A stretch of 64,000 nucleotides of DNA from Gigantopelta aegis (GCF_016097555.1 NC_054708.1:62460537-62524536); one strand, 5' to 3'; counted from the first letter of the stretch, positions 37,501 through 50,388 are shown. The notes: generated by a model from the letters alone, not told the origin. Numbers and translations: made by a program.

Positions 37501-38873
37501 CTGCGTAGGGTGACCTGAATCGCATAACGCTGCCTGAGAAGCAACAGACAATATAGACATGTGCCAGGTGACAGACGAGTTTGCACGTTATAAAGAATCG
37601 CGACTGGCAGCTTTCTAAAAATTCTAGGTGTGCTAGGTATCACGTGAACCGTACATACTCGTACAGATTTTAGTGCTCTTTCTGTTTAATATGTTGACAA
37701 TATTGGCCAAAAGTAGATATCTTTGAAAATGTTTTAAGCGGGAAGACCACTGCAGGACCGTCTGCAAGAGGGAGACACCCCTTCCACACCCAATATCTCC
37801 GCCGCCCCAATGTCAAATTCCTTTCGATGATTCATGTACAATTACAGATCAAGTTTGACTTCCATGGCAATTTACCATTTTTGACAGAGGTATTGCACTT
37901 AAACTTAGGAGATACGAAAATTTGTTTCCCGTACCACAAACGTTTGATGGGACATTTTGTGTGTAGGTGTATCATGTTCTGTTACAGATGAAGTTCGACT
38001 TTCGCGGCGATTTATCCAAATGTTTACAGAGGTATGGCCCTTGAATTTAGGAGATACGAAAATTTGTTGGGCCCGGTCAGGCATAAGTATTGTTTTAGCA
38101 ATACTGTCAAAATGGCTGTTATAAATAGTGGTGGTGTCGGCTTTATAAATGGAAGCGAGACTTTAATAAGCAGTTGGTCGGCTGATCTACGAGTATCTGA
38201 CTTTATATTGCAACCAGCGGATGCTGCATTATTACTTTTCTGAGTAAAAGGTTACTTAATCAAATAATCATGTTCAATTGTTTGCCACATATTGGTACTA
38301 TATGGAAAATTAATTTCATCATGCGAGAAGAAATCTAGAGAGTCTTGTATCATGTCAAGATGACTTCATGGTAGACTACGACTTGTTTCCCGTAGAACAA
38401 AGAAAAATACACGATTGGTGACATAATGGCGTAATATAAGTTAGACTACGAACAGACAGACAGACAGATAGTTTATCAAAGTCTCACCCCATTACAACAT
38501 AATAGAATGCAACATATACATACAAGCAATATAAAGTTAAAGTTTGATTTGTTTAATTTAATGACACCATTAAAGCGCATTGATTTATTAATCATCGGCT
38601 AATGGATGTCAAACGTTTGGTAATTTTGACATATATTGTCTTAGAGAGGAAACCCGCTACCTTTTTCCATTAGTAGCAAGGGATCTTTTATATGCACTAT
38701 CCCACATACAGTGTAGCACACACCACGGCCTTTGGTATACCAGTCGTGGTGCACTGGCTTAGACGAGAAATAGCCCAATGAGCCCATCAACGGGGATCGA
38801 TCAAACACCGACCGCGTACGAAGCGAGCGCTTTACCACTGGACTACGTCCCGTCCCTACAAGCCATATAAATA
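34524..38873. repeat. Tandem segmental duplication, copy 2. It contains duplicate SINE copies at about 35231-35408, 35415-35802, 36948-37215, 37232-37440 and 38555-38863, and a poly-G run at 37217-37233.
   Basis: See copy 1. The junction reads ccatataaata|tgttttgtgatcttatggcac. Copy 2 ends at ccatataaataatgcaattg. Confidence 0.9.
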
Positions 38874-39084
38874 ATGCAATTGTAATGATCCACTCTATAC
38901 TGAGTTATGAGAGACTGTTCGCTAAAAGTATATAAACGACAAACCAAGAAAACAACAGTTTAATATATAACGTCTAATGAACACTTGCGAATTGTTTCGA
39001 CATAATGCATGCATCTGTTCCAGGGACACTTATTGGAAACTCGGAAAATACATCCAGGGTAAATGTGCTTGAACCTTCAGTGGC

Positions 39085-39310
39085 CTAAGCACGTATCAAA
39101 TGGCTGATTATATTTTACTGCTGAGCTTATACGGTAAAGCACTCGCCTGATGCGCGGTCGGTGTAGGATCAACCCCCGTAGATGGGCCCATTGGTATATT
39201 TCTCGATCCAACCAGGGCACCACGACTGGTATATCAAAGGCCGTGGTATGTGCTATTCTGTCTTTTGGATGGTGCATATAAAAGATCCCTAGCTACTAAT
39301 TGAGAAACGT
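39085..39310 (+). mobile_element. SINE family A copy (5' truncated head), followed by a minus-strand SINE tail fragment at 39316-39470
   Basis: cggtaaagcactcgcctgatgcgcggtcggtgtaggatcaacccccgtagatgg...ccagggcaccacgactggtatatcaaaggccgtggtatgtg...gggtttcctctct, then tttaacggcaccactagagcacaatgatttattaatcatcggctattggatgtca. Confidence 0.7.
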
Positions 39311-41306
39311 ATCGGGTTTCCTCTCTAAAAGTTTGTTTTGTTTAACGGCACCACTAGAGCACAATGATTTATTAATCATCGGCTATTGGATGTCATTCAT
39401 GTGGTGACTGTGACAAAGTTTTAGAGGTAACAGTCGTGGTGTACTTGCTGGAACAAGAAAGAGCGATCTAATTAAGACTTTATGTTAAACTTACCAGTCG
39501 AGGTAAAAGGAACATACTTGGAGGCAAACAGATAAGAAACGTCAGGGTCTGCGATAATTATGCAAATGTGATATTGGGATCAGTTAGAATAAGTACGAAG
39601 CAAATCTTCGCTTTCGGGCAAAAACGATGAAAAGGTTCGAGCAATATGAGCTGGCATAATCACCCTTTACCATGAATTTCATCATTTTACTAAATCAGTC
39701 AATCAATCAACCATTTGTCTCGTGCTTACATCCACTGACAGTTCAAGCACGACTATCTTGGGTATATTCCCTGAGATGATGTGACCAAGGGAGTTGGTAG
39801 GGTAATAAGGCTATGGAATTTACAATATAAATTAGAAGAGAAAGGAATATACAACAAAGAAACAGAATAAAACTATTTTTAATGCATCATAATATATGTA
39901 ACTAAATTTAAACAACAAAATGTTTGCGTCAGGCTTAAATATGAAATGAATTAGTCGCAAATAGAGCAGGGTTCCAAAACCAAACACATATATATTTGGA
40001 CTCCATTCCTGTAGCAGTTTATATAAAGGTTGCCAAAATTAATCGTAACTCAAGTTAACAAGTAGATCCAGGGATATTAGGTTAAAATCCAAGTAAGATT
40101 AAAACAAAGATTAGTTTAAATCGAATTACATATTTTAAAATTAAATACTTTTATACATACGAGCACGTACTAACACACACCTCCTGCCAGCGATGAAGTT
40201 AAACAGAAAGAAAGAAATGCCACCGAGGCCGGTCTAAAGTTAAACAGAGCTAGGTACAATAGATACAACAGACAAATATACAATATAAGGTATTAAAAGA
40301 GTACTAGTAGTTAAAGCAAGAGAAAACAAATTCAGTTAGAATGTATTAAAAAATAAAATTTTAAAATTTTAAAACCATTAGATTTTTACTTCAGTGGCCC
40401 TTACAAAGGCCAGTACTGCTTTGTCAATTGCTGATTTAATTTGTTTTGGTGGATTTAATACATTTCTGGACGTAGTTTCTATATTAAAAGATTTGACCGT
40501 GTTTTTTAAAAATCGTCTGAGAAACCTCTTCTATCTTCCCACATTTACTATAATTAGGCGAGTTTACCAACTTCAGTTTTCATCAAGTAGACTTCAGACC
40601 AGTCGACACATCAATTCTCATACGAGTTAGGAGTGTTGTATTTTTAATATTGTTAGATATCGGCCCAGGAACATTTACTACAGGTTAAGTGCCATGCTCT
40701 AGTCCTGTGGTTCCAGTCTTTTTGTTAAACAGAATATATTTTTGAAATGGCCACAGAAATTACTTCTGATGTCCCTAACATCAGGCCGCCTGGACTCTCC
40801 ATTTCCAACAAGGAATGTTTGGCGAAACGATCGGCGGCTTCATTCCCTGGGACTCGTTATAAATAATATAATATATTTGATTTATTAGATTTTGTCATCG
40901 AGTCACTTCAGATTCTAATGATTGCAAAGAGCTCAAACTGTCTGAAAAAATTACAAATATTTGTTTCAAATTAATTTAATTACTTTTAATCCAAACTAAA
41001 GATGGCGCTTAATTCAGTAGCATAGACAGATAGGTTACTTGTGAATCTGGCATTTCCTGTGGTAAGTTTGGAGCTAATACCGCCATCAACAATAAAAGCA
41101 ATGCCGGTTTTGCTAGTCTATAAAAGTATCCCCTAAGCGTGCCATTGCTATCACCAATATGGAAGTGATCATTGACTTCAAGAAGATTAACAGGTTTGTT
41201 TGGAGTGAGACAATTTGTTTTGACCAGAATTCGAGACACTGAGTTTGTCTCCTAACTAGAAAGGGAGGAATCTCCCAACTCAGCATGAAACCTATCTTAT
41301 GGTGTG

Positions 41307-44300
41307 CAGACAGGTACTTCACCAGACAGGTACTCCACCAGACAGGTACTATACCAGACAGGTACTTCACCAGACAGGTACTCCGCCAGACAGGTACTCC
41401 ACCAGACCGGTACTTTACCGGACAGGTACTCCACCAGACAAGTATTTAACCAGACAGGTACTCCACCAGACAGGTACTTCACCAGACAGGTACTCCACCA
41501 GACAGGTACTTCACCAGACAGGTACTCTACTAGACAGGTACCCCACCAGACAGGTACTCCAGCTGACAAGTACTCCCCCAGACAGGTACTTTAAGAGACA
41601 GGTACTCTGCCAGACAAGTACTCTACAAGACAGGTACTCCACCAGACAGGTACTTCACCAGACAGGTACTCCACCAGACAGGTACTCCACCAGACAGGTA
41701 CTTCACCAGATAGGTACTCTACCAGACAGGTACCCTACCAGACAGGTAGTCCACCTGACAGGTACTCCACCAGACAGGTACTCAACAAGGTAGGTACTCC
41801 CCCAGACAGGTACTTTAAGAGACAGGTACTCCGCCAGACAAGTACTCTACCAGACAGGTACTCTACCAGACAGGTACTCCACCAGACAGGTACTTTAAGA
41901 GACAGGTACTCCGCCAGACAAGTACCCTACCAGACAGGTACTCTACCAGACAGGTACTCCACCAGACAGGTACTTTAAGAGACAGGTACTCCGCCAGACA
42001 AGTACCCTACCAGACAGGTACTCTACCAGACAGGTACTTTAACAGAGAGGTACTCCGACAGACAGGTACTCCACGAAACAGGTACTCCACTAGACATGTA
42101 CTCCACCAGACAAATACTACCGGACAGGTACTCTAAAAGACAGGTGCACTCTACCAGACAGGTACTCCACAAGGCACGTACTCCACCAGACAGGTACTCT
42201 ACCAATCAGGTACTCCACCAGACAGGTACTCTACCAGAGAGGTGCTACCAGACAGGTACTCCACCAGACAGGTATTCCACCAGACAGGCACTCCATCAGA
42301 GAGGTACTCCACCAGACAGGTACTCTACCTACCAGGTACTCCACTAGACAGGTACTCTACTAGATAGGTACTACCACAAAGGTACTCCACCAGACATGTA
42401 CTCCACCAGAGAGATACTCCACCAGACAGGTGCACTCTACCAGATAGGTACTCCACCAGGCACGTACTCTACCAGACAGGTACTCCACCACACAAGTACT
42501 CCATCAGACAGATACTCCATCAGAGAGGTACTCCACCAGACAGGTACTCTACCAATCAGGTACGCCACCAGAAGGTACTCCACCAGACAGGTACTCGACC
42601 AGGCAGGTACTCTACCAGACAGGTGCTACCAGACAGGTACTCCACCAGACAGGTATCCACCAGAGAGGTACTCCACCAGAGAGGTACTCCACACGACAGG
42701 TACTCTACTTATCAGGTACTTCACCAGACAGGTACTTCACCAGACAGGTACTCCACCAGAGAGGTACTCCAACAGAGAGGTACTCCACCAGAGAGGTACT
42801 CTACCAGATAGGTACTACCACAAGGGTACTCCACCAGACAGGTACTCTACCAGACAGGTACTCCACCAGACAGGTATCCACCAGAGAGGTACTCCACCAG
42901 AGAGGTACTCCACCAGACAGGTACTCTACCAGATAGGTACTACCACAATGGTACTCCACCACACAAGTACTTCACCAGACAGGTGCACTTCACCAGACAG
43001 GTGCACAACATCAGACAGGTACTCCACGACACAGGCACTCTACCTGAGGTCCTGCACCAGATAGGTACTCCACCAGACAGGTACTCCACCAGACAGATAC
43101 TCCACCAGACAGGTGCACTCTACCAGACAGGTGCAGTCTACCAGACAGGTACTCCATCAGGCACGTACTCCACCAGACAGGGACTCCACCAGACAGGTAC
43201 TCCACCAGACAGGTACTCCATGATACATGCACTCTACCTGAGGTACTGCACCAGATAGGTACTCTACCAGACAGGTACTCCACGACACAGGCACTCTACC
43301 TGAGGTACTGCACCAGATAGGTACTCCACCAGACAGGTACTCCACGAGACAGGTACTCTACCAATCAGGTACGCCACCAGAAGATACTCCACCAGACAGG
43401 CACTCTACCAGACGGGTACTCTACCAGACAGGTGCTACCAGACAGGTACTCCACCATAAAGGTACGCCACCAGACAGGTAATCCACCAAAGAGGTACTCC
43501 ACAAGACAGGTACTCTACCTATCATGTACTCCACCAGACAAGTACTCCACCAGACAGGTACTCTACTAGATAGGTACTACCAGAAAGGTACTCCACCAGA
43601 CAGATACTCCACCAAACAGGTACTCCACCAGACAGATACTCCACCAGACAGGTGCACTCAACCAGACAGGTGCACACCACAAGACAGGTACTCTACCAGA
43701 CAGATACTCTACCAGATAAGTACTCCACCAGACAGACACTCTACCAGACAGGTACTCCTCCAGACAGGTACTCGACGAGACAGGTACTCGACGAGACAGG
43801 TACTCCATCAGACAGGTACTCTACCAGACAGGTGCACTCTACCAGACAGGTACTTCACCAGGCAGGTACCTCACCAGACAGGTACTCTAACAGACAGGTG
43901 CACACCACCAGACAGGTACTCCACCAGACAGATACTCCACCAGACAGGCGCACTCAACCAGACAGGTGCACACCACAAGACATGTACTCCACCAGACAGA
44001 TACTCCACGACAGAGGCACTCTACCTGAGGTACTGCACCAGATAGGTACTCCACCAGACAGGTACTCCACCAGACAAGTACTCCACCAGACAGGTACTCC
44101 ATCAGACAGGTACTCTACACAACTACTCCACCAGACAGGTACTTTACCAGACAGGAACTCTACCAGACAGGTACTCTACCAGACAGGTACTTCACCAGGC
44201 AGGTACCTCACCAGACAGGTACTCTAACAGACAGGTGCACACCACCAGACAGGTACTCCACCAGACAGATACTCCACCAGACAGGCGCACTCAACCAGAC

Positions 44301-45499
44301 AGGTGCACACCACAAGACAGGTACTCCACCAGACAGGTACTCCACGACAGAGGCACTCTACCTGAGGTACTGCACCAGATAGGTACTCCACCAGACAGGT
44401 ACTCCACCAGACAGGTACTCTACAAGACAACTACTCCACCAGACAAGTACTTTACCAGACAGGTACTCTACCAGACAGGTACTCTACCAGAAAGGTACTC
44501 CACCAGACAGACACTCTACCAGACAGGTACTCCTCCAGACAGGTACTCGACGAGACAGGTACTCCTCCAGACAGGTACTCGACGAGACAGGTACTCCATC
44601 AGACAGGTACTCTACCAGACACATGCACTCTACCAGACAGGTACTTCACCAGGCAGGTACCTCACCAGACAGGTGCACTCTACCAGACAGGTACTCCACC
44701 AGACAGGTACTCTACTAGACAGGTGCACTCTACCAGACAGGTACTCCACCAGACAGGTACTCCACCAGAGAGGTACTCAACAAGACAGACACTCTACCTA
44801 TCAGGTACTCCACCAGACAAGTACTCGACCAGACAAGTACTCGACCAGACAGGTACTCCACCAGACAGGTACTACCAGAAAGCTACTCCACCAGACAGGT
44901 ACTCCACCAAACAGGTACTCCACCAGACAGGTACTCCACCAGACAGATACTCCACCAGATAGGTGCACTCTACCTGAGGTACTGCACCAGATAGATACTC
45001 CACCAGACAGATACTCCACCAGACAAGTACTCCACCAGATAGGTACTCCACCAGACAGGTACTCCATCAGACAGGTACTCTACAAGACAGGTACTCTACC
45101 AGATAGGTACTCCACCAGACAGACACTCTACCAGACAGGTACTCCTCCAGACAGGTACTCGACGAGACAGGTACTCCTCCAGACAGGTACTCGACGAGAC
45201 AGGTACTCGACGAGACAGGTACTCCACCAGACATGTACTTCATCAGACAGGTGCTCTCTACCAGACAGGTACTTCACCAGACAAGTACTCCACCAGACAG
45301 GTACTCTACCATACAGGTGCACTCTACCAGACAGGTACTCTACCAGACAGGTACTCCACGAGACAGGTACTCCACGAGACAGGTACTCCACGAGACAGGT
45401 ACTCCACCAAACAGATACGCCACCAGACATGTACTCCACTAGACAGGTACTCCACCAGACAGGTACTCCACCAGACATGTACTCCACCAGACAGGTACT
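41307..45499. repeat. Satellite DNA with a 16-bp unit CCAGACAGGTACTCCA, about 4.2 kb and about 260 units with variant subrepeats
   Basis: Strict 16-bp periodicity is visible throughout. Variants include gacgagacaggtactc and a 22-bp unit caggtgcactctaccagacagg. Open frames on both strands with a 16-aa period (TRQVLHQTGTPPDRYS) are a consequence of the 48-nt super-period. Confidence 0.9.
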
Positions 45500-45627
45500 G
45501 AGAGCCATATTGTAGTCTGCCATATGTGGGAGTTTTAAATCACGAGAAGAGTTGTTCTGTCGCTCCCCCAGTCTGTACCAGAAAATACTTTGAGTACGTT
45601 TATGACGATAACTCCTAAGAATACAAA

Positions 45628-45893
45628 TATTTCATTTCATTTTCGTGCTTATATGGAATCAAGGTTCAAGCAAGCTGTCCTGAGCACACGCCTCAGCTAT
45701 CTGGGCTGTCTGTCCAGGACAGAGGGTTAGTTGTTAATGGTTAGTGAGAGAACAGAGGGTGTAGTGGTCTTATACCTACTACCCATTGAGTCGTTAAAAC
45801 TCGCACTGGGTGGGAGCCGGTACCGAGCTGCGAACCCAGTACCTACCAGATGTATGTGCGAGGGCTTAACCACGATACCACCGAGGCCGGTAT
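45628..45893 (-). mobile_element. tRNA-derived SINE, family C, with a (GAAAT)-rich tail
   Basis: The reverse complement reads ccggcctcggtggtatcgtggttaagccctcgcacatacatctggtaggtactgggttcgcagctcgg...ctcaatgggtagtaggtataagaccactacaccc...ctggacagacagcccagatagctgagg...aagcacgaaaatgaaatgaaa. Confidence 0.75.
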
Positions 45894-46731
45894 ACAAATA
45901 TATATCTGGCCAATTAAACATGTAAATTATCATATCAACTGTGCATAATTCATTACCACAACACAGACTCATATACGGTCAATAAAAACGAACAAAAACA
46001 GGTGACCCTCAATAAAATGTCAAGAATTGGATACTTACGATGTCGTGTCCCGCTTGATTTATTGAGCAGATTAACGCGTTCACTGCAGATCATTAACATA
46101 AAATTGTCATATCAACAGGTAGATTAATTATTATTCCTTCTTCATATGCCGTTTAACGACGATTTCATTTGCGCATTAATCTAATAGAAAAACGTGACAT
46201 GTATACCACGAAACATGAGTTTTATCAGTCAAATCATGAATGAAAAATGTATGAGTTAGGGGCACAGTCAATCGTAGAAGAATTTACGTTGGTCTTATGC
46301 CTCATACCTTCAGCTTATCAATCGACATATACACTATAGGTATAAATGCTACCAATCCTCACCCTTAAAGTGAATATGAAAAAAATGGGTGTCAAGCTGC
46401 TCATTTCAGAAATAACGAGTAGCGTCTATGACTGCTATAATTCCGCACAAAAGTTTAGTACTTTTTTTTCGCACGTTTTGCCCAGATCAATTTTTTTTTT
46501 CAATCAACCACACTCACATTTATCACAAATCACAGGACTTGTGGTGTTAACTGCTCTATCAAACGTTTAGTACTACCTATAACTACAGCTCTCGACGGAA
46601 ATACGAAGGTCACTTTAGCGAAATATAAACTAAACAGCTCACATCAGCCAAGTCTCAATGAAACATACTATTCGGCAGCATCCATAATGATATAAAAGTT
46701 ATAAGACGCACGTGAGCGTTTACAAAAAAGA

Positions 46732-46752
46732 CCCCCCCCCCCCCCCGCCCCC
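46732..46752. repeat. Poly-C homopolymer, about 20 nt with one G interruption
   Basis: agaccccccccccccccccgcccccattt. Confidence 0.9.
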
Positions 46753-46890
46753 ATTTATCCACGACAATAATACTGATAATCATAATAAAGACTTTTATAG
46801 GTGTCACACAGGCTCGATTTGATTTTACGATCAATAGATATCTGCGTGAGTACCTTTTAATTTATTTGGTTAATGATGCGTACTACGAAC

Positions 46891-46900
46891 GTATATAAAG
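46891..46900 (+). promoter_or_regulatory. Candidate TATA box (gtatataaag), about 45 bp upstream of the candidate ATG
   Basis: tataaag lies in an otherwise unremarkable region. It is positioned appropriately relative to the ATG at 46946. Confidence 0.3.
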
Positions 46901-46945
46901 ACGTTTGTCTGTCGTTCGACAATCTTGAGCTTTCCACCGCCGAAT

Positions 46946-47022
46946 ATGAAGCTGTTGTTGTTTTCCATCGTTTTTCTCAATGTTTTCCTCGTGTGCTCGG
47001 CAGGTAGAAAGTGTAAGAGCAG
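46946..47022 (+). CDS. Candidate first coding exon of a secreted-protein gene (signal-peptide-like, ends at a GT donor). Speculative.
   Basis: atg aag ctg ttg ttg ttt tcc atc gtt ttt ctc aat gtt ttc ctc gtg tgc tcg gca ggt aga aag tgt aag agc ag|gtaaat translates to MKLLLFSIVFLNVFLVCSAGRKCKSR. The hydrophobic core plus small residues before GRK resembles a signal peptide. gcag|gtaaat is a good 5' splice-site consensus. Confidence 0.3.
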
Positions 47023-47825
47023 GTAAATACATCTGTGAAAATGTGTATTATAGTTTTGCATACAAAACCAAACAGAACACTACAAATATTTTACAATGCT
47101 GATCGTAAAACGTTTAATACTTCTAACACTGAACGTAGCGTAACAAGTCGACAAGCATTAATCGTGGATAAATGACTATACAAATCTTATAATCGCAGAG
47201 TTAAAAGAAAATACCAAAGGTTTGAAGGCAATTTAATTGGTTACCTTAGAAAAAGTAATCATAGACAGCTTTTTAATTTATGTAAAAAGCGCCAATGTAT
47301 ACCAAAATCGCATCATTCTGTGGATGATGTTTAAAAACATTTTAAAGGGACATACCCTTAAACACTAAGGTATATATATTTTTACTATTATAGCCGTTTT
47401 TGATAACCGAAATCATATTTTACTTAGATGTTATGCTTTAGATTATCAATTCGAAGTGTTTTTGGTCTTCCTGGTGTTTTTAATATCACAAAATGCATTT
47501 ATCATATTTTTAAAAACGCACGTGCGTCTGAGAAGTAACAGTTATGGAGTCGAGTTTTTGTCTATTTTTAGAGGGTATTTCACCATTTCAAAGTCACAGA
47601 CTCATGTTTTACATTATTGTAACTTTATCCAAATGTGTTACAGGTTTTTAGATTAACTAAACTTAGTGTTAATTTTCACGGGTTGAAACTAGGGTATGAC
47701 CCTTTAAATATTTAAGCAACAACACGGACATCTCTCCGGGTGCAGTAGAAGAACACAATGAATGCATTTACTCTGAGCTCGACTACCCAGTCACCGAAGG
47801 ATAGATCCAGAATGTAAATAAACAG

Positions 47826-48095
47826 TTAAAATCAAGAAAATCGGCAGGGAATTATAAAGTACTCAATTAATATTTTGTTAGGTTTTAAGACATGTTTATT
47901 CCTCTGTTATCTCGACTCTATAATGGTATATTCAATTGTGGTACGTTGTGGAGGGTAATACCTCTATTTAAGAAAGGTGATGTAAATAACACAAATAATT
48001 ACAGAGGTATCACACTTGTTAACTCACTGGAAACACATATTCACTGCTATCTTAAATAACAGATTACTAAAATGGTTAGACGAACATACTATTAT
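47826..48095 (+). mobile_element. Non-LTR retrotransposon RT fragment (N-terminal RT domains 0-2) with stop codons
   Basis: Translation gives LKSRKSAGNYKVLN, then IPLFKKGDVNNTNNYRGITLVNSL, which are the LINE RT signatures K(S/A)xGxDxI and PKKGxxxxxNYRPISL. Confidence 0.65.
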
Positions 48096-48270
48096 AATAG
48101 TTTGTTTAAACCACTATCCTGGAAGAAAGTACTGGACAACAGGGTTTGTCCTTTTTAAGGCATGTTGCCCTTAGGAAGGCAAAGGTGCATCACAAAATCC
48201 ATAGGCCTACTGATATTAATAAACGTGCTATAAACACTAACGCTATACAGCAACATATAACGTAAATAAT
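48096..48270. repeat. Unclassified repeat of about 170 bp; second copy at 53727-53885
   Basis: Both copies share gtttaaacca.tatcctgg.agaaag.ctgga.aacagggtttgtcctttt...taggaaggcaaaggt.cat.acaaaat.ccat.ggcct.ctgatattaataaa...gctata.ag.aacatata.cgtaa. Confidence 0.5.
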
Positions 48271-48936
48271 TGTACTCTGTGGCCAATTTACCCATTGCAA
48301 ATTCCGCCTATCTCAAATTCGCCATCTATTTCTACCCCGGAATAGATGCCAGAAGTTATGGCCGTGCGTAAACCTTAAGTGAATATATACACGGTGTAAA
48401 AGATTATCCTGTTCTGACCTTATTTCGGCAGTAGTAACCTACGTGGAAGAATCAGTCTTTTCCTCTCATTGTGTAGAGTGTCGAAATAACGTCATGTTTT
48501 AGATACTAAAATGTTAACAATGTGCTGAGGTGTCGAGTCAAACTATTATTATTATCCCTTTCCAAATAGTCGTAGTTATTACAAAATGGGCTTTAACATA
48601 CGTCCAACTGTTCGTTTTGCTTTGTTTTGTTTGTTTGTTTTTTTGTGTTTTTTTTTTTTTTTGTAGGGTTTACCATTTGCAAGAAAGGCTATCTATATAA
48701 AAGTATGTTGAATACAGAATAATGTTTATCGTAGATACCATTCTTTCTGTTTTTGACTATCTTTGTCTCTCTTCATATGTCTCTCAGCCTATTTGTTTGT
48801 CTGTCTGCCTCTCTCTGCCTGTTTCTGTTTGTCCGTTTCTCCATTTGTTGTTTTTTTCTGTCTGGCCGTCTCTGTCTTTTTCAGACATGCAAATGCACAT
48901 ATACTGTCTGGTTTCTCTCTCTCTTACTCTGTCTAG

Positions 48937-48942
<6 letters not shown>

Positions 48943-49026
<84 letters not shown>

Positions 49027-49031
49027 ACACA

Positions 49032-49113
<82 letters not shown>
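48943..49113. repeat. Compound microsatellite (AC)n(CT)n, about 40 units each
   Basis: Visible runs. A further GT/GC-rich cryptic simple sequence follows at 49180-49300 and (TA)n at 49382-49420. Confidence 0.9.
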
Positions 49114-49117
<4 letters not shown>

Positions 49118-49379
49118 ATGTCTGTTTTCCGCCTGTCTGTCTATCTATCTGTCCCTACTGACTGTTTTGTTCCAAGTGTGTGTGTGTTTGCATGTATGTG
49201 TCAATAAGAGTGTGTGCATATGTATGTATTGTGTGTGCGTCTGTGTGCGTGCGTGTGTGCGTGCACGCGTGCGTGGTTGTGCATGTGTGCCAAATGTGGT
49301 GTAAGATACAAAAGACAACCCTTTCGTATTTTCATTTCCTGATACAGTGATCGACCTTTTTTCGTTTCTTTTCTTTTTA

Positions 49380-49423
<44 letters not shown>

Positions 49424-49752
49424 TTTCATGTAGGCATACGTGTAATAGGAGTGATGTGAAACTATATAATTTGAAATAAATAAACACTTTTATATTACAA
49501 GTGCACTTGTTCCAAGCAAATGGATTAAATTGATCACCATTCGGTTTATAATTCCAGACTTTAAATATCTATTAATCGGTACCATTCCTAGATTTCTACG
49601 AAGTACCGGTCAGCTTGACGCCAAGCACAAAGAAGATTAGTTGAGAAACATAAATTGCAAGAAGAACACTCCTCCTCAGCAATGAAAGAACCGCCTACAA
49701 CTTTATAATAATACAACCAAATGATCACTGTTTACAAATGTATTTTCGTTTT

Positions 49753-49765
49753 CAGCAGCAACTAC

Positions 49766-49800
<35 letters not shown>
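49753..49800. repeat. (CAG)n trinucleotide repeat (about 12 units) followed by (CAA/CAACAA) runs
   Basis: cagcagcagcagcagcagcagcagcagcaacaacaaaaacaacaac. Confidence 0.85.
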
Positions 49801-49805
<5 letters not shown>

Positions 49806-50288
49806 AAACAACAACGACAGAACAGCCTACAGTCAGGCAAAAATAAAATGTTGTGTTGCGTCAATTAAAGTTTTTGTTCTAGTTCGTCATTTCTATTTAG
49901 TGATTTTAAACTTTATAGACCGTTGTATTTCGCCATTTTTGATTAGGTTAGGCCTAAATTAAAGATGAATGAATATTCTTTTGTTAATCTGCCTCTACCG
50001 GTTGCAGATGCGTACGATACAAAAACCTATAAAACTATAGTTGTAAACTTCCAGGAGCTCACAACAATTTTCACTAAGGATATTAGTTGGGGTGGGTTTT
50101 TTCCCCTTTTACATCATGGCCCATGTTTTTTAATGACTAAATAGGGAGGTGTACGGCCACTACACCGACGTCTCTCTCATTAAACACTAACATAGCTAGA
50201 ATGTGTGCCGGAGACAGTGTGCTTGAACCGTAATTGGATATAAGGCTTAAAAACAAATAAAAAAAAGTGTGTTTCTTTTTTTCCCTTC

Positions 50289-50388
<100 letters not shown>

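Noticed and set aside
41299-45523. Long ORFs (up to 426 aa, for example 44235-45515, 42396-43064, 43652-44227, and several on the minus strand) encoding a 16-aa repeat TRQVLHQTGTPPDRYS
   Set aside because: They arise mechanically from a 16-bp satellite (3 units = 48 nt = 16 codons). They are open on both strands in several frames, with no start context, no unique N- or C-terminal sequence and no codon-position pattern. They are not genes.
49753-49800. polyQ-encoding exon from a (CAG)n run
   Set aside because: The only open frame through it (49738-49962) reads poly-Ser/Asn and has no splice or start context. It is treated as a trinucleotide microsatellite.
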